Source of the DNA: Octopus vulgaris
Taxonomy: Eukaryota
Direction: 5' to 3'
Assembly (NCBI GenBank): GCA_951406725.2
Contig: OX597825.1
Coordinates: 8,308,001 to 8,372,000 of the forward strand
DNA length: 64,000 nucleotides
Below, piece by piece: positions 52,661-64,000 of this stretch. The position numbers were made by a program, and so were the translations under genes. The notes below the pieces were generated by a model. That model made no database searches. It worked only from the letters and a program-made list of their open reading frames with translations, and was not told the origin of the DNA. Each line of letters begins with the position of its first letter. The first letter of the stretch is position 1.

Positions 52661-55600
52661 GTCCCATAACATCATTCTCCTGGTCAAAGCTATATTTTCC
52701 AAAGATGCAGTACCTTCTTTTAGATTCTATCAATATCATAATATGTGTGTATGTGTGTGAGTATGTGTATATACGTATGTGCTCATATATATACATGATG
52801 TGTCTGCAAAGCGTGATTTCTTCGAGAGAATGTGATATATAGTTAGTAGAAACATGGACATTTTCGAATAAAAATACAGACTGTTTTGTTTTTAATTGCT
52901 GTTCCTTTCTTTTTTACCTATTTCCTCAATGTATTCACCTTTAATTGAATTTTCGTTATTATCTGAGCATAAATGTCTTTTATTTGTTATAATATCTTAT
53001 TCAACCGAAAGGTAAGTTGTAATAACTTAATGAAGAATTTAGAGTCTGAAAAAGGAATCCTTGGATACACTTAGAAATCTTTCGGAATGATCGAGAATGT
53101 ATAGCGATCTGTATGCTCTCAGCCGTAGTTATATAGCAAAACAGTCCATAGATGCAGAGCACATTCAGAAGCAAGAAAGATATTAAATTTCCTAAATTAT
53201 TTCGGAAAGGATTCAATATGTTTGAGCTTGGTAGATTACTATGCCGATCAGAATAAAATTCAATATCAAAGTTTAGAAAATCCGGCTAAGCTACAAATTT
53301 TGGCATAAGAATTCGCAAAAAAAAAACTTGTATAACGCATTAGTCAATTCTACTGCTTGCATACTAAAATCATATTCTTTCTGCGAAATTTATTTGTCAA
53401 ACGTGATATCCGCTCAAGTCAAGAATCTGAGGGTCTGGGTAAGGTTGGAGTAAAAGTAAACAGTTTTAAAAGGGAAATATTATTTTTTAAGTATAATTTG
53501 CAATAAATTATTCGTATATAATATGCAGTTGAAAAATATCTGAGACAACTGGATAGTTTCTAAATGTTTGTTTATATCCCCACGGCATTCGAATCATACA
53601 CATTCGTGAACTTTACATATATTTGTCGACCCATAAAACCTCCAGTTTCTTTTGACTGTCTTTTTTTACGTGATAAATATACATTTCGTTTCTATGTGAA
53701 GGAATCAAAACTATTCGGGATATAGTTTATCATTTTTAACTTTGTGAATTTCGCTTGCCTAATCACGCCAAAACATAAATATCTTCTACTCAATTTATAA
53801 TTGAATCCTACTGGGGTAGAACTCCACGCATTGTAGCTGAAATACTAGCTAAACGATCGTTTTAGCTACAATCGTTCTAATATTTAATTCTTCCTCTATA
53901 ATTTTGTATCTACGCTCCAGAGCTTTCCTGAGTGTGGTAAATCAGGAAATATTTACTTTAATCAAATACAAGCAGCAATATATTATAACAGCATAATTAT
54001 ATAAAATGGCAATAAATATTGTTAGTTTTCTGTTATTGATTAGAGAAATGTAACGACATTCGTGCAATTAGTTTTATGAGGGAAGTCGTAATAAAACGGC
54101 GGTGTTTGAGAAATTGGAAGAGAATATTAAACGATAACTACTATTTCCGATCTGATTCAGCACACATCCCTTTATTAATAACATTATACTGGACGCAGCT
54201 TAGTTTTATTCCTCTTTACGTTTTAATGACTACTATATTCATCCTCAACGCCGAGTACCAATACACATATAAGTAGATAGCTTTAACGGTGACGACTCTT
54301 TAAGGTTTAGATATTGATTCACAAGTAATAATACTCTGAGAGTGTTTGACTGAGAACTATATGTTCAAGACAACAGACACTAACGCTTGAACATTTATAA
54401 AACTGATTATAAAGAATAGATTTTTTTTTTACAATGATAGAAACTGTATAGAAATAATTGCTATAAAAACGATAATGCTCTAAACCACAACACAATTCGC
54501 AAAGTCTTCATTTGAGTAACCCAAATACACGGTCAACATCTTCTTCAAATTCCACCTAACATATTAGACCGAAGTATGTGGTGTAAATAGTATAAATGGG
54601 TTTTATTATCATCTATATACACAATACTAGATGGTCAGCATTGCAATACCATTACGAATAATTATAAGAAATACTGACGATAAAGTCAGTAATATTCTAT
54701 TACTGATATGAAATTCAGTAACTCAAAATTGAGTTAATCTCTGAACGGTGGTGTATATCAAATTTGTTGAATGTTGATGTGTCATATCTATTCCATGGCA
54801 ACAATTATATCGGCCAGAGAACTAGGTTTCATCTATATTTCAGAGCTTGTTCATTTTCGTTTTTCATTTGTTTGTTTTTGTAAATCATTTGCTCAGGACC
54901 ATAATTAGTAATATGAGTTGCAATAGTGAAACTAAATACGAGGAACAGTAAAAATGATGTTTAGATGTTTTCCTAGTGTTCATTGTTTATCTGAATGTAT
55001 GGCGATTCATAAATAAAACTGGAGGAGGTTTAAGACTGACAACAACACAGTGTAATATCTGCTGTTCATATATATAGGAAAAAAATGTTTCTGTACACAA
55101 ACTATTTGGTTCGAGATTGATAATTGTACGCGTGTCACTATTTGCTCCTTTCGGCTGAGAGTGGCAGCTGTTGTTTCGCAGATCCTGCTTTAATTATCTC
55201 TGGAAACTTGTATAAGCATCTAGGTGTCTGCGGCTGGTGTACATATGGTGAGTATGGAAGTTGATGTTGATGTTTTATGGCAGCAATGAAATATGATCTT
55301 TAAATGTCTGTCTAAATTTTTGTTTTCATTGATATTTTTTGCATCCGACGGTGGTTCTTTTCCAACTTACAGAAATATATATCGTAGTAATTTGCGTATT
55401 CTGTAACCTAGCTATGTTTGTTATATAGTGTAAGCCGCTTTGTTATGGAGACAATTTAGTTTGGAAATCATGAAAACAGAATGGATATCGCGATACTTGA
55501 AACCTAAATAACTATTTCGCTACTAAAGGCAAATATATCAAAAGCCTAAAAACCATTATACCATCAAACTAAGTAGTCAGCCTTTGATGATATTTATCAG

Positions 55601-57484
55601 AAAACACATAAACCTAAACGTTAACGGCCACCGTTCTTTTGAACGGATTTTTCGTTAAAAACAGGAAGTCATACGTGCCTTATTTGATAACCGATATCTT
55701 CCTATATCATTCAACGTCCTACGGTCTTCTTTATAGATATTGGCCTTCGAGCAGTCTCTAAACTTGTAGTTACATTTATATTAACATGCGCAACATATCA
55801 CACATTAGGATTCCGATTTAAATCTCAGGTTTTCAAAGTGAAATTCTTAACTCCAAGGCTTGACCTGAAACGAAATAGATCACCTGTATTTTGAAAGACG
55901 ACTAATAGAGCGCCAGTGTGAAAAGTTATATGTTTCTGTTATTAATTACTTACAGAAGAAAGATACTTAAAAATTTGAGCTTAGCTGATCCTAATATATG
56001 GGAATAAACCCATGACCAGAAAATAGATAAGTATACGCAAATTACTCATTGATGCATTTGCGATAGATTTCCTACAAAGAGAAAAACATATTTATGTAGA
56101 GGGATCTATTGATTTAGCTATTAAGATTGAGCCAAATTATTAACATGCAACATAAATAGCAGGAAGAGTGGTGGGTCTCTCGTTTAGGTTTGGTTTTGCA
56201 TAACGAGCCATTTACATCGTATAACACGATATTATATGTTTTTATGCCTTCGGTTAAAAAGTGTTATTTCAGATTTTCCTCCACCTACAACACAAAGGAA
56301 ATGACTACTGTTCCCTTCAGGCTTCGTTTTTGTGACATGGATATTTTCCATTACATTTCAGACAGATTCATCACTGAGTTGCTGAAGCGGAAATATCATC
56401 ATAGCAAATATTCTGCACAAAGTCACAGACTTACTTGTCAGTTGCTTCACCTACAACGTTTGAATGGTTGTCCCTTAATGGCTGACAAAATGTGCCTCTA
56501 TGATCATCAGCAGGAGTAGTGGGGAAGCATCATAACCATGTGCTCAGAGAGATTCTTTGGCGTTTGAATAAATGTAACAAAAGTAAAGTTGGAAGGAAAT
56601 ATCAGCTAATTTAGGCACATTCTTGGAGTAAGCAAATAGGGGATAACAGATGATGCGTGGTATTTGACAGGGTGCTTATTTTCATAGCCCTATCCATTAT
56701 TGTCATTGTGACGAACAGTAATTGTAGCAATGACGACCGCTGACGTTCAGATTTATAACAAGTTGTATATAATAACACTGACGAGAAGAGTGTGTTTACT
56801 TAAGCAAAATCCATGACCAAGCATTTCCAAGTGTAACAGCTGATATTCTGTAAAACAATTGCTAAACATATTCATATTGGCATTGAACACCGGAGTTTCG
56901 TAACTTTAGAAATATTGAAGCTGATTCTGTAAGACAAAAGTGGTTTCAAAATTCTACAGGTAAGATAAGGAAGTGAGAGAGTTCTTCCAGAACACTGCCT
57001 GAAAACCTGCTTCCAATTCTATACACACCAGGTGACATGTGAATATAATTCGTTATTGAACGATAGTTAATTAACTTTAATCCTTAAAGTATATTTTCTC
57101 GTGCTAAGAGGCACATGAACACATTCTTAAGTCAGAAAACGATGCATATTCAATTGAAATATGTATACATAATAAATGTATCTGAATGTATTTTAGTGTG
57201 TGTGTTTATGTGTGCGTGTGCACGTGCGCGTATTGTCTTATGTGTGAACGTTCCTGCAAAATTTGTTCGATGAATACACTATTCATCTTGAAAAAAACGT
57301 GGATCAGTTTAGTAAATTAATCGCTGATATAGAATTTTAGCGAAGTTTTAATTCAATATGTTGTTAAACGTGGGCGAGAAAAAGATTTAACATTTCTCTC
57401 CATATATTGAGTTGATGTAATACACACACGAACACACGTATACAAACACACACTCTCACACATAAGTATGTATTTATGTGCATG

Positions 57485-57882
<398 letters not shown>

Positions 57883-58231
57883 ACGTTAATAGTTGTATGG
57901 TTTCTGTCACGTGGATCAGGGAAATGCTTACGTCGGTAAATGTCATTTTATGTTTTATTGAACATTCATCATAAACGTCAACACAGTGCATTTATTTTTG
58001 TTGCAAAAGTTTTAATTGTAGAAGATATGTGACAGAAGTGTTTTGTGAGAGAAACTATGTTAGTCAGGATTGATTAAATTTGCTTACATTTACAAAAATC
58101 TCTACGCAATTAGAAATGCATGTATTAACCCTAAATTGCAAAACAATAAATTCGTTTAGAGTATCTGCTGAATCTCATCACGATGTGATAAAAGCTAAAG
58201 CATATGTAAACAACATATACAATAATATATA

Positions 58232-58445
58232 GGGCGGCGAGCTGGCAGAAACGTTAGCACGCGGGCGAAATACGCAGCCGTATTTCGTCTGCCGTTAAGT
58301 TCTGGGTTCAAATTCTGCCGAGGTCGACTTTGCTTTCATCTTTTCGGGGTCGAGAAATTAAGTATCAGTTACGGACTGGGGTCGGTCTAATCGACTTAAT
58401 TCGTTTGTCTGTCCTTGTTTAGCCCCTTGTGTGTAGTTAAGAAAT
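58232..58445 (+). mobile_element. SINE family A
   Basis: Head gggcggcgagctggcagaaacg; tail partly deleted. Confidence 0.9.
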
Positions 58446-60016
58446 ATGTACAACAATATATAACAACCTGATGTTAGTTCTTGGCACACTTTCTGTGTCT
58501 CGCAAGTATTTGCAGCAATATCCAACCCAACAAAATTTACTTTCGTTGGGTTAGCAGATTATTTCAGATTGATTTAGCGGAATGATGTGATTTATTAAGC
58601 ATCTCAGAGATTTCTAGTTTTTTTCTAGCTCAGATGTTTTTCAATGCAACAGAACATAATGGGACAATTCAATAATTGTGACGGAAGATTATAAGTTCAA
58701 GATAGCAATTTGTATATCTTACTTAACGTGGATATACTGCAGAAAACCACAAAACTGCGAAATCTCCGTCAAGAAAGGATTTCGTATAAAGGTATATTAC
58801 GTCTAGCAATTCCATCGTCGATGCTACACGCTTTTATTCTTCTACCGATAAACTTCTCTGCATTTTAGTATTATATATTTATCTGAGATACTTTCTCGAG
58901 ACAATTATTGCAGCATTTTGGCTTTCTATATGCAGAATGCTAATCTCACATGTATATTATAATGTTAGTGAAAGGAAGGCAGTGACAGGGATTTCGCCCA
59001 TCATTACGTTCTGTCATTCAAATTACGTTCCATCGTTCAAATTCTGCCGAGCTTAACTTTTCCTTTATCCTTGTGGGATCGATAAGATAAGTTCCAGTTG
59101 AGCACTCAGATCGATGTAATCGAATTATTCTCTCCCAGAAATTGATGGTTTACGCCAAAATTGGAAACAATTGTCCGCAAAGAGTTTGAATGACAACTTG
59201 GTTTTACTACGAAAATCTGACATATTTGGGTTTTATTCAAAATATGTTGAAGTATGGAAAGGAAATAGCGTTAATAAAAGGTCTACAAAATTTCCTCTGA
59301 ACTTACAAGACATTTTTAATGAGCTTGTTAGAAATGGCTGCATATATTAGGAGTCTGTACACTGTAGATATTGTTCTGCAAAAAATAATGAGCTATCAAA
59401 TAACTGTGTGGAAAAGGTGAACAGGCGCAGAAGTTGAAGGATGCGGTTGGATAAATACATATATACAAACATCCCCTCTCTCTCTGAAACACACACACAT
59501 ATGCATACATACAGATGTATATATACATACGTGTCTATGTGAGTATGATTGTGTGTGTGAGTGCATGTGTGTGTATGTGTATGTGTGTGTGTGTGTGTGT
59601 GTGTACGACGGAGGCATTAGAAGACATCACTTCGCAAGAATCCCAGCATTGCTTCGAACAGTGAACAACGTGTCAGTACTGATGCATTGTTTCAAATGGA
59701 GATTACCTTGAAGGCGGTAAAAGTGTATAAAATAACATGGCAAATTTCCGGTTTCTCTTTTGAACCCTATCCCCATATAGACACACACAGATTGACGCTT
59801 GTGCATTCATATACATATTTGTTGTTCATATGTATGTCATACTATTTACTTGGTGGTTCTAAATCCCATTTATTTTTGTTTTTCTTTTACCTAACACTAT
59901 ATTATTCTGAAGGGCCCCCATTTCCACTGAACGTTCAAAAGCGGGTTTTATAAATACTTCGTTTCCAATGTCTATTTTGCTTTTCACACATTAACTTATA
60001 TAGGTTTGCATTATAT

Positions 60017-60437
60017 TCTTTTCTTCTCTAGGCACAAAGCATGAAATTGGGTGGCGGCTGCCAGTCGATCAGATTGAAACCAGTACGAAACTGGTACTTA
60101 ATTTATCCACCCCGGAAGGATGAAAGGCAAAGTCAACCTCAGTGGAATTTGAACTCAGAACGTAAAGACAAACGAATTACCGCTAAGCATTTCGTCCGGC
60201 GTGCTAATACAGTAATATTTAGATTCAGATAAGGGGGTGAGCTTGTAGAATCTTTAGGACACCGGGAAAACTGCTGAGTCACATTTCCTCCGTCGTTGCG
60301 TTTTGAGTTCTAATTCCTCCGAGGTTGATTTTGCCTTCCATGCTTCCGTGTTCGATAAAATAAGTACCAGGTAAACACTGTAATCGACTTACCCTCTCCC
60401 TCAAAATTGCTTTCTTTTGCCAAAATTTCAAATCAAT
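60017..60437. mobile_element. Head-to-head inverted pair of SINE family A copies (minus 60017-60208; plus 60231-60437)
   Basis: Second copy flanked by the direct repeat atttagattcaga (60217 and 60438). Confidence 0.82.
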
Positions 60438-60919
60438 ATTTAGATTCAGAAGATCTTAATCTATAAGCTACATAAAATTATTGGTCAAAGCAAGATCATT
60501 GCCTGAAGGTGACTTTTAATTTTGAGCATATATAAGTACAGCTTTGCAACGCACTATCGGAGAAACGAAATAGGATCTCCCAGTAATAGGAGTTATTGGA
60601 CACTTAAAAATGTCTCCGATAAAGACGTTAATCCTTCCTGTTCGCTTAAATCTATGTTTATGTCAATTAAAACGAATACATTTATTTCTTATTTATGAGA
60701 ATCTTCCCCCGTCTTATAAACATCGTCATCGTCATACAGATCACGTCCTATTATAACACATCTCGTTTTGTTTAGCTTTCAGTGCGCTTTCCTTTTCATA
60801 CATGCATGCACATGTACTATTAACTTATCTACCTACCCACCTACGTAAATAAATACTTTCATATACATAATACACATATGTATGTGTGTGTACATATATA
60901 TATATTAGAGGGAGAGCCA

Positions 60920-61432
<513 letters not shown>

Positions 61433-61701
61433 GGCAGATTTATACATATATATGTATCGACATTTTAAAATGTGAGTATGTGTATTTATGCGTGTGCATG
61501 TATATATTAATTCGATATTAGTTTATCGTTACGATCGCTTATTATGGGTAGTTGCTACAATTTTTTTTTTTTTTGATTCTGTCTATTTTTCATAGGTAAA
61601 CATAAATCTTAGCGATAAAATACAGAAAAAGAATGGAATATATACATGGGTGTGTGTGCAAGTGTATGTACGTACGTAAATACACACACACACACAAATA
61701 A

Positions 61702-61762
<61 letters not shown>

Positions 61763-62504
61763 ATAAATATACATAAATACGAGAAGTGAAATAGGGTGTG
61801 GGAGAGGGAATGCTGTGAAGTTAACCGAAAAGAAATAAAGGAAAAATGACTTCGTTATTCAAGTGTTTCATAGATAAAGGTATTTAAAAAATGAGATATT
61901 AAGTAGATGTTAGAGAGGCTATACATCATGGCTCGTAGTTTGATATTAAACGTTTAGAATTCGATTTGTCGCTATGACTTAATCGATAAAACTATATAAT
62001 TTCTGAGAAGGTCAAATGTTTCAGAGTTCAAAGTAGAAAGTCTAAGACGGGATATAATAATAATAAATCTTCAGATGACAATGGATAGGTTGTTGTGAAA
62101 CATTCTTTTAACTAGAATTTTCTGTTTCTTTTATAAATGGATCGCTTCGGCTTATGAAGCTCGGTTTTAGTCTACGGAACAACTTATAACTCTTCTCATT
62201 TCCTTTTCTGTCGGCGTTTTCTCGTATCTGTCTCACATTCGTTTTCTACTGATTTCTTTTCCCCTCTCCCTCGCTATCTGTCCGTCTATTCATTTATCTA
62301 TCTATCTCTCAGTGTTAGTGTGGGGTTCTTCTGAAATAATGCTAAGGACCCTCGCATATAGATAATTGTATTAAATCGTTTAATAAGTGAATATTTCACT
62401 GCCCATGTCAAGTGACTTTCCTTTTCGACTTGCTGATATATCGAAAAACAGCGTAAGAGAGAGAAAACTTAAACATTCAAGGAGACATTCACTTACAATA
62501 ATCA

Positions 62505-62720
62505 TTTTACTATTCTCTTATTCGCTTATTATTTTACTTGTTTCAGTGCCCACACTGGAACACAACATTGAAGCAATATAGTCGAACGAATCGACCCTGG
62601 TACTCAATTTTATGCCTTGTACTTATTCAGCCATATCGAAATGCAAATGCTAGGCTATACGAAGATAAACAAACCAGCACCGGTTGTCAATCAGAGATGC
62701 TGGACGAGCACAGATGTAAT
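62505..62720 (-). mobile_element. Old SINE family B 3' half
   Basis: ttttacttgtttcagt...accagcaccggttgtcaa. Confidence 0.65.
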
Positions 62721-62813
62721 GACTCTCTCTCTCATTCACTCTCACTGTCTCTCTCTCTCACACACACACACATTCATACACAAACGTACACACAGACACG
62801 CACATACATATAC

Positions 62814-62845
<32 letters not shown>

Positions 62846-62877
62846 TTGGGTGTGTGTGACTCTGTATAGAAGAATAT

Positions 62878-63093
62878 ATTCTTTTCTACTCTAGGCAGAA
62901 GACCCGGATTTTTGGAGGAGGGGGCAATCGATTAGCTCAACCCAAGTGCGTAACTGGTACTTATTTATTCGACCCCGAAATGATGAAAGGCAAAGTCGAC
63001 CCCGGCGGAATTTGAACTGAGAACGTAAAGATAGATGAAATACCGCTAAGCCTTTCGCCCGGCGTGCTAACGTTTCTGCCAGCTCGCCGCCTT
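62878..63093 (-). mobile_element. SINE family A, tail type 2
   Basis: ttcttttctactctaggca...cagctcgccgcctt. Confidence 0.92.
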
Positions 63094-64000
63094 CTTATGA
63101 ATATAATATCACTAAGTGTATGTGCACAAAACTTCAAAATATTGAGTTGATACTGTTTCCTGATATTATGCCAATTCCAGCGTAGTTCTGTTTGATCTGT
63201 ATTCAATACTCCTTTAAAAACCATGACACCATATAATATTTTGACTAAATGTCGTAGAAAAGGATGTTCGTTGATTTCATCAAGTAATGTAAGAATGTGA
63301 AGTGTTTTATTTGTGTTTTATATTTCTAAACGGGTAATCTGCGCATCCAAGAATTCTGACTGGAATGCATAACCTTAATTTATTTGTATATTCAGCATAG
63401 AAATCTGCCATTAACGACGCGACATGTTTGATCAGTTTTCGATTTTATGAATCTTAATACAAATTCAACAATGCGTGTGTGTGGCGTGACCTGCGACACG
63501 AACAGATGTCATAAATCGGAAACACCTTCACCGCCACCCCCAAAACCACCACCAAACCACCACCACCACCACCAACAACAACACCAGAACCATGTCTTCC
63601 CTGTTATTCCATTCCTTGCCATACTACCATCGCTGCCATCATTGAAAAACCTCTTCCCTTCTTGTACTTATTTCGTTATCCAACCATTCTTTTCTACTTC
63701 TTTAAGTCACCACCTTCTGAGATTGTTTACTTAACAATGTTCCATAGTTTTCCATTATTGATACAGATATTATAGAACACGGTTTAGCAATTACATATAT
63801 ATGTTTTAAAGTCTTATTCCGTTATAAACTTATTCTTATTCCTTATTATCACAGGAAGGGTGTAGCCACGAATATACTAAATGGATCAAGTTAGATTAAT
63901 CTGAATAACTTCCCAAATACAAACTAATTATGAAGAGATATGAAATTCAAACTTTTTTCACTATTTACCTTAATTTTTTTTTCCCTTTTGTAAAACACGT

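Noticed and set aside
63447-63734. Pro/His/Gln-rich 95-aa ORF
   Set aside because: Driven by a degenerate (CCA/CAA)n microsatellite; no convincing splice signals or homology.

Overview
AT-rich eukaryotic DNA that is intronic or intergenic and dominated by repeats. The SINE families and the extreme (TA)n/(CA)n/(GATA)n density resemble an octopus (coleoid cephalopod) genome; that is my recollection of these families, not a database result. Nearly all ORFs in the track are microsatellite or SINE translations, and I recognise no host protein-coding gene. One candidate minus-strand start exon lies at 16956-17251. The window holds about 30 tRNA-derived SINE copies in four families (labelled A-D here), including multimers, nested copies and reciprocal head/tail chimeras. 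It also holds three R4/Dong-clade LINE remnants beside TAA-type microsatellites, decayed Penelope-like elements (PLE), a hAT-Charlie-like relic and two local tandem duplications. The best finding is a minus-strand type I hammerhead ribozyme motif at 45608-45667, with intact CUGACGA, GAAA and GUC boxes and a minimal stem III. It sits in a ~325-bp hairpin-rich non-coding element inserted in a (TA)n array. A core-mutated relative lies at 39323-39434, suggesting a retrozyme-like or PLE solo-LTR system that uses (TA)n arrays. Also notable are fold-back palindromes centred on (TA)n and a pre-miRNA-sized hairpin at 38642-38711.
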